This document shows positions 25,651 through 39,200 of a DNA stretch of 64,000 nt, piece by piece (within the stretch, counting starts at the first letter, position 1; each line of letters begins with the position of its first letter). This stretch comes from Selaginella moellendorffii (Eukaryota > Plantae > Lycopodiophyta), in the NCBI RefSeq assembly GCF_000143415.4, contig NW_003314302.1, positions 1,467,208 to 1,531,207 of the forward strand, in the 5' to 3' direction. Under the pieces are notes generated by a model. That model worked only from the letters and a program-made list of their open reading frames with translations. It was not told the origin of the DNA and searched no databases. The position numbers and the translations under genes are program-made.

Positions 25651-28012
25651 GAGGGTGAAAGCCCAAAGCGTTCGTCTCCCAAACCCTAGGGGGTTTGGTG
25701 AGCTCCAAAAGTATAGTAAGGGGGGAGGACTGCAGTGGAGCTAGTTTGGCTAGGAAAGGCTAGTTTGGCCCAGGAAGGCTGTACCCAGTGTTGGGTGATG
25801 AGCTGCCCACTGGGAAGTCCAAGACTAGAGTGAACACAGACTGACAAGCAGGGTAGCTTGGTGAAGTGTTTAAGAGCCGGCTCTAGTTCCCCCGGGAGAT
25901 CGACTGGCCGATGCTCCCAGTCCAAGTGGGGGTGGCACTACCTACTTGGATACCAAGCATAGCTCAACGGAACCTTGCTCTAAGCCCATGGCTAGAGCAC
26001 CCAAAGGCAGAAGGTGGGGAGAGTACCCACGAGGCTTGTATAAGGCCACAATGTTCCAAAGTGTTGTCCCAAAGACCCAAACTGTGGAAAGGAAGAGGAG
26101 TAGTCCTCTAGTGTAGTGACCAAGGATATAGTCGTGTGGTGAGGAAATCCCAAAGGACCATGGGACTTAGTGGTCGGGCCTATGGGCCTTGATCCAGTGG
26201 TAGTGTTGGCGAACACAGCCAAGGACAAAAAGAGACTTGGTGGGGACTAGAAAGGAGATATTGGGGAAGGCTATTCCCCATGTCTGCAGGCATCCTAAGG
26301 ATGCTAAGGAGTGGATCTGGGATGACCACTCATGGACGGATGGCCCAGTCTTAGAGAGACGGGATTGCAATGCAGGTGGTGTTGGACCACCGATGTGACC
26401 AAGGTGATTGGGCATGGCCTAGTGTAACGGGCTGGTATGTTGGTGGTGCCTTGGGGTGTCGATTGTAGGACCGGATATGTGAAGCACTTGGACCAAATGC
26501 AAAGGTTGAGTGGCATAGATGCCATCCTCGGGGCTAGCAAGCCCCAAGTCCTGAGTAGGACTTATGGAGGTTGTGAATGAGACTCCTCCAAGTGGCCGGA
26601 GGTGCGGTTAAGTGACTAAAGTAGAATAGAAAAAATTAGTTGCTTACAACTTGGTATCAGAGCAAGTCGGGGGAACGAATACCCTAGTTAAAGGAGCCAA
26701 CTTCAAAGAGGTGGCCTATAGGGCCAAACATGGAGGAGTCCATGTATGATCACAGACATGTCAAGTGAGAGGACTTGGCAGTGTGGAGGAACTAGGTTCC
26801 TAAGCTGTGATCTGTAGTGTGTTTTAAATATAAGTTGGTGCACTGGCGTGGGGAGTCACACCAAGCATCCTATGTGATGCCGTCCGTAAATGCATATACG
26901 GAGGTTAAGTTTGAGTCCCGACCCTCTAGTGCTTGGGTTCGAGTTTCAAATCACTAGGACGTGGTGATGGTTTGGAATATGAGGACACTCATATTTCAGT
27001 GGTCATGGACTCTCAATGAGGAGATTGGCTTAGGCACACCGCCAAGCGGGGGATGCCCCGAAGTCGTGATGCACGGGTAGATTGTTTAGAGTGAAAGCTC
27101 AGCATATCTAACTTGAACACTTTAGTGCAAAGGGCACCAAGGACATGGTGAATGAGATGGGGACACTCAGTCTCAATTGCTATGGATCCTTGGCTGGAAG
27201 GGGTGGCTTGGGCGCACTGCCAAGTGTGGGGGATGCCCCGGGGTCATAGTCAACAACATAGAGGGGTCTGGAAGACCTGGTTTCTATTGGTAGACCTATT
27301 AAGGGGTCAATATGAGATCACTAGGTGATCTTGTGGCTAAACAAGAACAAGGCCTTTGTTTGGGTTAAGGAATATGATTCTTAGTTCAAAGTGTTGATTT
27401 GAACTATTGATAATGGTGTGGCTTGGTTAAGGTGACCAAGTGGGAAGAACACCTAAGGGAAGTGAGCTATGTCAATGCTGTGGCATAGTAAGTATGAGGA
27501 AGGTAGTCTCTATAAGAGATCCAAGGGAGGATCTCAAAAGTTGGGCCGTGGATAGAGCCCACAGCAGAAAATGTTAAAGAGACGTACTAGGGGTGAACAC
27601 CCTCTAGACTTGGCAAAGCAAAGTGTTTGCTATGGAACTGAAAGGAAACCTCGAAAATGGAAGTAGCGATCCTATGTTTCTGGGTGCAACAATCAAGAAT
27701 AGGAGCAAAAGACTAGTGGCTAAGAAAAGAGCCATGGGAATCCTGGGAAAGAATCCAAGTGACAAAGTTAGGCCGAAAACACTAATGTGTTGAGTGCTAA
27801 CGGATTGTGAGAATGTTTCCCCAATGATGGATTCCCAATCGCTCCGATTTGGCGAAAGTGGATGCTCCAAAGGGGGGAGCGGTAAGGTAGCCAAATAATA
27901 GGGCCATGGGCAACCCTAGCACCAATTATGATAACTGAAACTTAATGTCAAAGGTGGCACGATATCAGAGAGAGGATGATGGTATCCTCAAGTAAAGAAC
28001 TTCCTAGGATAG

Positions 28013-31000
28013 TGTAGCGCACGTGGTTTTGACCCTTTATCCTATGGTGATTTACCATAGGATAACACCACAAAGCGGAACCTAAACCCTCTTTGTGCCA
28101 CATGACAGATGCCACGTGTCACATGCCACGTGTCCATGCCACGTGTCCACAGGAACCTGAGGTTCAGGGCCTTGGGCCACTGAACGAAGGAACGGTGCCA
28201 AACTCCCAAGCGTGACGCCAAGGAGTGATGGAACCAGACCACGGAGCAACTCCCGAGCATATAACCCATGGAGCGAAGGGACAGGGGCCCAGAGCGACTT
28301 GGAACAGTCCTAGAGCAACCAGCATCCCAATGCCAGGACCAGCACGCAAAACAGAGCCAAACGGAGTCTGGCGCTATTTCGGCATACCGGTGGCCTAACG
28401 TGAGAGTATGGGTACTCCACCAGCTAGCATGGAATGGAACTTGGGCTTAGACCCAAGCCGGACGCAGAACAAGGACAGGCACGCAAGCGGGAGCTAGACT
28501 ATGCCTCAGGTTGGTCGGCCATGCCCGACCTACCCACTATCCCTACTATACATTTGGAACCCCCCATAGCCCCCCCCCCTTGAGGAACACACGCTTTGGG
28601 CTTTCACCCCAAGCCTCCCTTAGTATCAGGAGTTAGTCTCTGGGACAAGCTTGAAACTTACTAAATATGGAATGTCCCTAGATTGTGAATTTGGACATGG
28701 GACGAACACCATTGTGTTCAGGCCGATCTCTACATTCCGTAGGTATGCCAAATGAGCAAATCTGGACACTTTCCATAATTAGCATTTGGGACCGAAATGA
28801 GACTAACACAAGGGCATGATAGCGAGGGTGTTTGGCAGACACGGTAAGCTATCATGTAGCGATATTGAGGGACTAATCTCAATACGTGAGGGTTCTTGTC
28901 ACTAGCCAGTGCAAGACATAACGAGACGGGAACTCCTTACCGGGCTAAGTATGCTTAGCTAATAACACGTAGGAATTCCGTCCTTATGCTCGTCCGGTCT
29001 AAGTACACTCGAAATGCCCAGTTAACTCCACTAGCACAAGAGGGACTGATAAAGGGTCCAGCAATACCGACCTCCTGCCATCGTAGCAGTAAGGTAAGAG
29101 TGTCCGTAAGGACTGGTCGACAGGTAACTTTCGATACCCGAAGTCACATGCGCGACACTCTCCCCCCCTTGGGAAGATCGACGTCCTCGTCGATGCATAC
29201 TCGAGTCTAGAATACCGCCAAGGAAACAACTCCAGAAAAAGTTCACGGTACTCACACTATGTGAGAAATGCACCAACTTAAATGAGTTAGGGGGTAACCT
29301 CTTTGTCTAACGCGGATGCGCTACCAGCTCAGACACCTTCCAGCCGTCGCTGACAAGGAAATGACCAACAGAATCAGCCACCCTTGCTGCTCTGGGTGTC
29401 ACCCAGCTACAAAAGTGTGATATGCCCTGCCCGCAGAGACATAGAGAGAGAAGCCAGAGGCCCCAACCCTCCTGAGCAAAGAAACCAAACCCGTCGGTAA
29501 GGTTTAGATAGACTACTGTCAACAGGCAGTTTAGAGTTGTTTACACGGTCACGCCCTTTCACGGAACAAGGAACATCGACAAAGAGGCGGGTTATGTGAC
29601 CAGTCGACAGTAGCTACCCCATGACTAGAGATTTCAACATGCACACGAAGTGCCGAAGCCAGTCTGCCTATACTGGCCCAAACTCAAAGATCAATATATA
29701 TGGACATATCAAAGTCATAAACAATGATATCTTAGAGATTTAATTATCAGTGAATAAAGCTTAGATTAGAACACAAAAGTATTCCAAGTAAGTTATCATC
29801 TGATAAACGAGTATTATAGTATAAGAACCACCAAGATCATTATAATTGGTAAACATAGGAATCACCATCCAACAAAATTTAATAGCAAGTAGATCATCAA
29901 GGAAACTCAATGATAAAACTGAACTACTGAAAATGGCAGATAGCATGCCAAACAACTCACAAAACACAACTCAAAGAACACAAAGTATCATTGACTAACA
30001 AGCACAATGCTCGCGAATGTATCACCCGAAGGAAATAACATCCAAATCTATCAAAACTAACTCGAGCAACAATCAACAGAAGAGAATGAATGTGGTAAGA
30101 CCAACAAACACTCATGCCTGCCAACTATCACAAAAGCCAATCTAAATAGATCCCAGCCAACAATACCAAGGAACTCAAGTTGCCTAAGCAAGTGTTAGCA
30201 ACATCCTATGGATGTCTCAAGCTCAAGAGACCAATCCAGAGCAAACCACAAAGAACATGTGGTATTGCGAAAAGCCAAAAGCCATCAAAGAGAACAACCA
30301 ACTATCATGAAAGATCGTCAATCATTCCATCAATAAAGAGATGCATAATCATCGTCTAAGTAGGAATCCACCATCCCGAAGAACGGCAAACCATTCTATA
30401 CCAACAATAATCAAGCAAAACTTTTTGACATGGATAATCAACTTTCCTAGATGATAGTTAATCATCACCAATGATTGCCAGATGCAAAAACTAACTTCAA
30501 TCGAAGCTAATGAGCCAAAATGCCTTCCCCAACAACTTCAAACAAATGGAACAATGAGCACAAAACTCAAGAACCAAAAGCTCGAAGAAGCCTATAACTA
30601 AGTCTTGCCTAATAATGATCACGAGTCTCATAGAAGCTAACTTCAATGCTAAAGAAGAAATCATGGTGCAACCCACAATATCTTCCTCAACACATCCATA
30701 AGCCAAACTTCATAATGCCAAAGCTAATGAAGAGCATTTCTGCATCAATCCAAAAGCTAAGCATAGCAAAGTTATGCTTAACAAGTGATCATCAAACGAT
30801 CCTCCATGAATCCATCTATAGCAAGACGTAACTCACTTCATAACAAGCTCAAAAAGAATCATTAATGATTGCTATATTCCGAACTCAAATCCAGCAAGGA
30901 CTCAACATTCTAATATCGATCACTAACTCTTCTTCTCGTAGAGTTAGCATAGTCCACGACTAAATCACTTTTCAAGGAAAAGCTAAAGCTCAACCCTCTA

Positions 31001-34000
31001 CTAAATAATCTCGTCTAGAACACAACTAACTCAACTTGCCACTCAGTTCGTTTGAACGTCAACACAGTTGCTAACTAGCAAATGCACGAATGCCAACAAC
31101 ACAAAGCTATAGCCAAATCATCAACACTATATTCATCAAGACTAATGAAACTCAATATCAATCCTTGGAAGGATATCTCATTTCACTCAGATCTCAATAT
31201 CAACAATGTCAATGACAAAGCATCATTTCAATGCCATCAACATCAGGACAAAGCTAGAAGAAAGCAAGAGTGAATCACCACTCGGAGCTTTCCAGCAACC
31301 AAGCTAACCAAAGTCGAAGATACTATACTTAGTATCCGAGACCAATCCTTCAGCAAAACTCAGTGACAGATAACACATCAACAAGGAGTGAATCACCACA
31401 TCCAAGACTCAATGAAATCCAACACCACGGACTAAACGTAACCAAATGATATCGACAGAGATAGAATCGATATACTAACATAGGAAAGCTATGCAAGTCT
31501 AACAACACGATCCTCCGCAACACCATCCGGTAAAGCAAGCCCACCATTGCTAAATCATCATCGAGCAAAGCAAGTGTCAACGGTCTTTTTGACAAAGTTT
31601 ATAAGTAATCACTAGTCGCAAAGCAACTAACAATTGCCCTTCAACTTGCCTTCACAAGACCCGAACACTAACTCATGTCATCGAGTTACATACTTGTCCA
31701 ACACGAACATAATACCCCAGGTACGAGATAAAAGTTCATAGACAAGCACAAACTAAATGACCACTCGAATCCAACTCAACCGCAATAAGCTCACTAATGC
31801 ATTTAGTCAATAGCTCTGAGCATGCTTTGAAGAGGCTAGCTATGCATGATCAACACTCAGCCGAAACAAAAGTGAAGATCATGAGATGAACTCATATCGG
31901 TACACAACCTCCTCATAGACAAAGCTATAGTATGGGTACCAACATCTCAACCTCAAACAACTAAATTGGACATCACCATCCTCAGCCAAGGAGCAGGGCT
32001 ACCAAGACTAAGTCAAGATCAGTGAGAGCTCATTACTCTCATAGAGTCTTAGTGAAATGCAAGGTGCAACCTGCCACCAAGCATAACGCTACAGAAGAAA
32101 GGCACAAGGGTCACCCTTCTTAAAAAAAAGTGCAACGACCACTTTTCTACACCAACTCCAGACTCTATCCAACTCAATTGCCTTAGCCCCAAAAGTTAGC
32201 ATCCCTTTCGGGCCACATCATACAAACTACCTACTAAGATCTAAGCCAACCGAAGTCAACTCCAACCCCTTCACTAGTTTGTACTGGCTTTCGAAAATGG
32301 AATGGTTTTCGAGCAAAGTGACCGATAGATCAGCCATTGAAAAAGCCTAAGAAAATTTGTGGAAAACTTCCCATCCTAGAGAAAGAATGACTCTCAGTCC
32401 AGGAATGCAAACTTTCACGACTCAAACAACTTCTTCCTACAAACAACTTCACATAGATTCACCTCAACACAAATTCTCATGACCCATAATATGCTTAAGC
32501 ATTGAACATCTTTGCCCATTTTTCCGATATCCAACACCGACATCAGCAAAGTGCAAAATGAACATCCAAGGCTTGATCACGAAGACCACATCTTCGGATA
32601 TCCATATTGCACTAACACTCTTCTTCAATCACCTTCAAGATCCAATGTGAAGCCAAAACACTAACAAGAAAAATGACATGGAAAATCAAGCTCTAAGGAA
32701 AATTCCTCATCACTTGAATCAACAATGCCACTTCCACTAACACAAGTGCTAGCGATGTCAATGCATCAACCTCACACCTTCTCCATCCAATAATCTACTC
32801 CAAGTGTTAACGGATCAACAGGTGAGCTATAGCAAATGAATGCTACAACCCATTCCCAACACCTTAGTGGGCAAACCCTCAAGGAAACAAGGTACCAACA
32901 TAAGCTTAGCATAATGGACCACCATTGAGAATCCAGTCAAGGCTACTACAATGCTACTTCGTGCAAGTAGACTAGCTTCTCCATCAACCACTTTGGGGTT
33001 GATCATCATTTACCCAAGCAACTTCATAAACACATTGCTCATTATCACATGGATATGATATAAATCACAATGACTTGATCATCAATTGAGTAACGCAATG
33101 AGCAAGGCTTATGTCATTACTTCAAACGTTCATGTGAATATCAAATGCCAACTCGATTCGACAAAATGCAACATAAATGCCACACTCCACCAATAGAGGT
33201 TTACGACACCCAACACCACTAACTTTTGTTCACAACACGGACAAGCTCATGCCACTCTCTTTCCGACCAAACTCAACACTAATCCAACACCAAGCTACTT
33301 CAAGGAGCAATAGCAAGGTTCCCCGGAAAAGAATTGAGCATTGCAACCCAAGTCTTCCAATAGCGAGCCTAGACAAAATGGTTTAGTGTTTCACCACTAT
33401 CCAACCCATAACTCACCATTGTAAGACCACCATCTCCAACATGCATCAAGATAGGGACTCTTGATTGCACGATGTGAACACAAGCAATGAGTTAACACCT
33501 CGTTGCAGATTATCTCTCCAAGAAAAGAAAATGATTTACGTATTTGATCCTTCGTCCTCGATGACTCTCTTTTCGGTCTCATCTTTGACCAAACCTCAAG
33601 TTTGCTTTCGCACTGCCTTCAGTTCAATCCAAGAAAAGTTTATGAGAGAGCACGGCAATGATTACTTGAACCAATAGACTATTCCCTATAGTCTTGATTG
33701 ATCCACTTATAATCATACCTAGGAAGGATCCACTAGTGCCGTGCTAAACAGCTACGGACCAGCCTATTTGCCACTCATAGCAAACCCAGGGAAAGTTTGC
33801 TTTCACTCACGGTACATGGAACAACTTACAGAACCATTGGAACCATCGATAGGCTTACATTAATCCTGCCAACTCAAAGTGTAACCTCAAGTTGCTAATG
33901 CGCCTCACTCACGAGCCCAAGCTCAAACTCGTGCAAATGGAACATCTCCAAACCATCCTATGAGCCCAAGCGCAAGCTCACATCATAAGGTACAATAAGG

Positions 34001-35299
34001 TAACAATATCCATACCCAAGGAACCAATTGCGAAGCCTTTGCACCAAAACGTGTACCCACTCGGATCATCGTTTTCATCTCTGCGTATGCAACGAGACTA
34101 GTTGCCCAATCTCATTGAATAGTACTTGCTGAGACTCATCCTCTGATACCAAATGTAGCGCACGTGGTTTTGACCCTTTATCCTATGGTGATTTACCATA
34201 GGATAACACCACGAAGCGGAACCTAAACCCTCTTTGTGCCACATGACAGATGCCACGTGTCACATGCCACGTGTCCATGCCACGTGTCCACAGGAACCTG
34301 AGGTTCAGGGCCTTGGGCCACTGAACGAAGGAACGGTGCCAAACTCCCAAGCGTGACGCCAAGGAGTGATGGAACCGGACCACGGAGCAACTCCCGAGCA
34401 TATAACCCATGGAGCGAAGGGACAGGGGCCCGGAGCGACTTGGAACAGTCCTAGAGCAACCAGCATCCCAATGCCAGGACCAGCACGCAAAACAGAGCCA
34501 AACGGAGTCTGGCGCTATTTCGGCATACCGGTGGCCTAACGTGAGAGTATGGGTACTCCACCAGCTAGCATGGAATGGAACTTGGGCTTAGACCCAAGCC
34601 GGACGCAGAACAAGGACAGGCACGCAAGCGGGAGCTAGACTATGCCTCAGGTTGGTCGGCCATGCCCGACCTACCCACTATCCCTACTATACATTTGGAA
34701 CCCCCCATAGCCCCCCCCCTCTTGAGGAACACACGCTTTGGGCTTTCACCCCAAGCCTCCCTTAGTATCAGCAGTTAGTCTCTGGGACAAGCTTGAAACT
34801 TACTAAATATGGAATGTCCCTAGATTGTGAATTTGGACATGGGACGAACACCATTGTGTTCAGGCCGATCTCTACATTCCGTAGGTATGCCAAATGAGCA
34901 AATCTGGACACTTTCCATAATTAGCATTTGGGACCGAAATGAGACTAACACAAGGGCATGATAGCGAGGGTGTTTGGCAGACACGGTAAGCTATCATGTA
35001 GCGATATTGAGGGACTAATCTCAATACGCGAGGGTTCTTGTCACTAGCCAGTGCAAGACATAACGAGACGGGAACTCCTTACCGGGCTAAGTATGCTTAG
35101 CTAATAACACGTAGGAATTCCGTCCTTATGCTCGTCCGGTCTAAGTACACTCGAAATGCCCAGTTAACTCCACTAGCACAAGAGGGACTGATAAAGGGTC
35201 CAGCAATACCGACCTCCTGCCATCGTAGCAGTAAGGTAAGAGTGTCCGTAAGGACTGGTCGACAGGTAACTTTCGATACCCGAAGTCACATGCGCGACA
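28013..35299 (-). mobile_element. Element D: young non-autonomous (LARD-like) relative of element A
   Basis: LTRs 28013-29157 and 34154-35299 differ at only about 6 positions by eye. TSD GATAG at 28008-28012 and 35300-35304. PBS TGGTATCAGAG and PPT as in A. The 5 kb interior has no ORF over ~81 codons. Confidence 0.95.
28109..28147. promoter_or_regulatory. Three tandem G-box/ABRE motifs in the D LTR (second copy at 34250-34288)
   Basis: ATGCCACGTGTC x3, which reads ACGTGGC on the other strand. Confidence 0.6.
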
Positions 35300-36260
35300 G
35301 ATAGGGAAGTGGAGTTGCACCATGTGCAACGTAAGGTGAGGAAATTGACTCTGAGAAGTCAAAATTAAAAGTTCCAAAGTGCAAGGTTATAGCAATGGAA
35401 TTTGAGACTACTTGAGAATGAATAGTGGAATTGAGTTAGAGAGAGAGTCTCTAACGAGTTTAGCGAGAATTGAACCAATAAAAGGGAGCAAACCACCCCA
35501 AATGGTCGAATGAGTCTCTATGTTAGAGAGACTATGCTCCTTAGAGGATGGACAAGGCATGGTGTGCCTTTGGTGTCAAACCATAGACAAATATTGGCTG
35601 GGTGCCAAGGATGGAACTAGTAATGCATGCGGGTGCTACTTTATAAAAGGGTTTACCATTTGATGAGGACATTGAACTTCGTCTATGGGTGGTGGAGTTG
35701 TGAGACACAAAATCCCTAGGCCCCAAAGTGGAGCCGGAAGGGCGCCACGTGGTAGTGGCTGAAGTGAAAGCAAAACAAGAGTAACACGTTTGGACTAAAA
35801 GCTCCGACTTGGAAGGTCGAGAGCGGGAGTGGAACTCCCCAAAAAGTGCTCGAGGAGCAAGCATGAGGCAACCAATAAGCAAGGCTCCAAAAAGGGACCC
35901 AAAAAGGACCAACACATGACACGTGGAAGTGTCTGAGACAAAGTCCGAGATGGACCGAGACAAAGTCCGAGATGGACTAAGACGGAGTCCGAGATGGAGT
36001 TTGAGATGGACCGAGACAGAGTCCGAGACGGAGTCCGAGATGGAGTTCGAGATGGACCAAGACGGAGTCCGAGATGGAGTCTGCGATGGAGTCCGAGATG
36101 GACCGAGACGGAGTTCGAGATGGAGTCTAAAATGGAGTCCGAGGTGGACCGAGACAGGGTTCAAGATGGAGTCCGAGATGGAGTCCAAGAAGGACCCGAG
36201 ATGGAGTCTGAGGTCGAGACCAAGACTGGGACCGAGACCAAGACTGAGACCAAGACCAAA

Positions 36261-36292
<32 letters not shown>

Positions 36293-39200
36293 TGAGACCG
36301 AGATCGGGACCGAGGCCGAGGCCGAGCCCGAGCCCAAGCCCGAGCCCAAGTCTGAGTCCAAGTCCGAGTCCGAGTCCAAGTCCGAGTCCGAGTTCGAGTC
36401 TAAGAGGGTGAAAGCCCAAAGCGTTTGTCTCCCAAACCCTAGGGGGTTTGGTGAGCTCCAAAAGTATAGTAAGGGGGGAGGACTGTAGTGGAGCTGGTTT
36501 GGCCAAGAAAGGCTAGTTTGGCCCAGGAAGGCTGTACCTAGTGTTGAGTGATGAGTTGCCCACTGGGAAGTCCAAGACTAGAGTGAACACAGACTGACAA
36601 GTAGGGTGAAGTGTTCAAGAGCCGGCTCTAGTTCCCCCGGGAGATTGACTGCCCGATGCTCCCAGTCCAAGTGGGGGTGGCACTACCTACTTGGATACCA
36701 GATGTGGCTCAACGGAACCTCGCTCTAAGCCCATGGCTAGAGCACCCAAAGGCGGAAGGCAGGGAGAGTACCCACGAGGTTTGTGTAAGGCCACAGTGTT
36801 CCAAAGTGTTGTCCCAAAGACCCAAACTGTGGAAAGGAAGAGGAGTAGTCCTCTGGTGTAGTGACCAAGGATACAGTCATATGATGAGGAAGTCCCAAAG
36901 GACCATGGGACTTAGTGGTCGGGCCTGTGGGCCTTGATCTAGTGGCAGTGTTGGCGAACACAGCTAAGGACAAAAAGGGACTTGGTGGGGACCAGAAAGG
37001 AGATATTAGGGAAGGCTATTCCCCATGTCTGCGGGTATCTTAAGGATGCTAAGAAGTGGATTTGGGATGACCACTCATGGACGGATGGCCCAGTCTTAGA
37101 GAGACGGGATTGCAATGCAGGTGGTGTTGGACCACCGATGTGACCAAGGTGATTGGGCATGGCCTAGCGTAACGGGCTGGTATGTTGGTGGTGCTTTGGG
37201 GTGTCGGTCATGGGACCGGACACGTGAAGCACTTGGACCAAATGCAAAGGTTAAGTGGCATAAATGTCATCCTCGGGGCTAGCAAGCCCCAAGTCCTGAG
37301 TGGGACTTATGGAGGTTGTGAATGAGACTCCTCCAAGTGGCCGGAGGTGTGGTTAAGTGACTAAAGTAAAATGGAAAAAATTAGTTGCTTACATTTGGGT
37401 CCAAAGATATGACTTATCTTGGGTATTATATTTTTCGTGAGGGTTTGCAAGTTGATCATAACAAATTTGTGGCTGTTCTAAAGTTCTCTACTCAAAAGTA
37501 TATGAATGATGTGTAGTGCTTCTTAGGTAAGGTGCAGTATCTCAATCATTTTGTGGATCATCTTTCTGATTGCACTACACCATTATAAGCGTTGTTAAAG
37601 TCATTAATGTCATCTTTCATTTGATCTGCGGACTGTGAGCAGGTGTTCATGGATCTCAAAGAATTATTAATGACTCTGGTTTTGGTGTATCCTAACTATA
37701 CTCGACCTTTCATTTTGCATGTAGATACTTTTAATATTGGTTTTGGAGGTGTGTTGATGCAAAAGAGCCCAAGTGTGTCTGGTTAGTGCCATCCCATTGC
37801 ATACATTAGTTGTATATTACAACTAGTAGAGGTGAACTACTCCACAATAGAGAAGGAGTGTTTAGCAGTAGCTTGGGGTTTCGAGAAACTTCATGGATAT
37901 CTACATGGTTCTCAGACATTGCTAGAAGGTGATCATGTTGTTGTTACTTCCTTATTGAAGCGGAAAAACCTAGTTGGTCTTACTGGTCGGTGGTCTTTAA
38001 AGCTTCAGATATATGATTTTGATGTTGTTCATTGCCTAGGGAGTTCTATGACTGATGCTCATGCCCTTTCTTGAGCTCCTCTTCCTTTTTCACTCTCTTC
38101 TTATATTTTTTATGAGCCTATTGTTTTAGTATTTATGGATATTCTAGATGAGGATTCTATGTCGTCAGTGGTTACTATATTTGACATTCAGTGTCCACAA
38201 GGTGCAAAGCAAGATTTACCTTCTCTTGATGAGATTCACGAGGCTCAAAAGATTGAGCCATGGATTCGAAGGTTTCGAGAAGGGTTTGAGAATCTTGCAT
38301 CACTTGCTGATGACTTATCATTCTGGCATTTACATTTTCAATATCACTTTGAATATGGCTTTCTTTATTTTGTGAGAACAAATTCTGATAATCATTTATA
38401 ACTTGTGGTGCCTTCAATTTTTATTTCATGATTTTTCTATTCCTACCATGATTCTTCTGTTCTAGGCAGGCATATGGGATGTCATCATGTGACCGAGAAG
38501 CTGCACAGGTCTTTCTATTGGTTGGAGATGCGATGTAATATTATTCAGTATGTGCGTAGTTGCTTTTGGTGCCAAACTCATAATACTCCTCTTCATGTTG
38601 CAGAAGGACGGTTGAAGTTAATTGTAGAATCCTGTCCATTTGAGTTGGTGGCATTTGATTTTATAGGATCTTTTCCATGATTGACTGTTAGCAATAAGTA
38701 TGTTATTATTGCTTCTGACTACTTGACTTGTTGGGTGGAAGTTATTGCCCTTGCTAACGTTTGTGCAATTGCTATTGGATACTTCCTCCTTAATCAAGTG
38801 GTGTTTTAGTATTTTTGTCTAGAGCAAATTCATTTGGATAATGGTCCCGCATTTATGGTTGAGGCATTTCATGTTTTGACGTTTTAGTTGAGGATACACC
38901 ACACTTTCACGAGTGCTTATCATCCATAGTTAGACGGTTTGGTGGAATAGCTCATTCAAACATTCAAAGGGATGATCGCAAAGTATGTGAACTTTTAACA
39001 TTCGGATTGAGATAGTTATTTGCCATCTCTTTGGTATGCATATGTTACTGAGGTGTAGAGTTCTATTAGTGCTTCACCATATAAACTCCTATATAATTAT
39101 GACCAATTACCAATGGAATTGGGTTTACCTTCGCAATTGCCACGAACTGCTGATGCTAGGTTATGGGACTAGTATTTGATGAATATTTTTCCACTTGTCT

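Larger units (their letters stand above)
24962..37393 (+). mobile_element. Element B: non-autonomous LTR retroelement with ~1.69 kb LTRs and a ~1.8 kb non-coding interior
   Basis: LTRs 24962-26648 and 35699-37393 (TGTGAGAC...GCTTACA). TSD TTTGG at 24957-24961 and 37394-37398. PBS TGGTATCAGAGC at 26652-26663. PPT CTATGGGTGGTGGAGT before 35699. Confidence 0.95.

Noticed and set aside
25058-25744. SR/RP/ET-rich ORFs (also 4425-4952, 16271-16712, 35541-36506)
   Set aside because: Artefacts of stop-free hexamer repeats in the LTRs, open in several frames on both strands.
25790-25830. TGATGAG in the B LTR suggesting a hammerhead ribozyme (retrozyme)
   Set aside because: The core reads GTGATGAG rather than CTGATGAG, and I found no matching GAAA and stems.
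29560-31900. Possible extra env-like ORF in element D
   Set aside because: Only short hydrophobic ORFs, as expected from the T/G-rich minus strand. No continuous frame.
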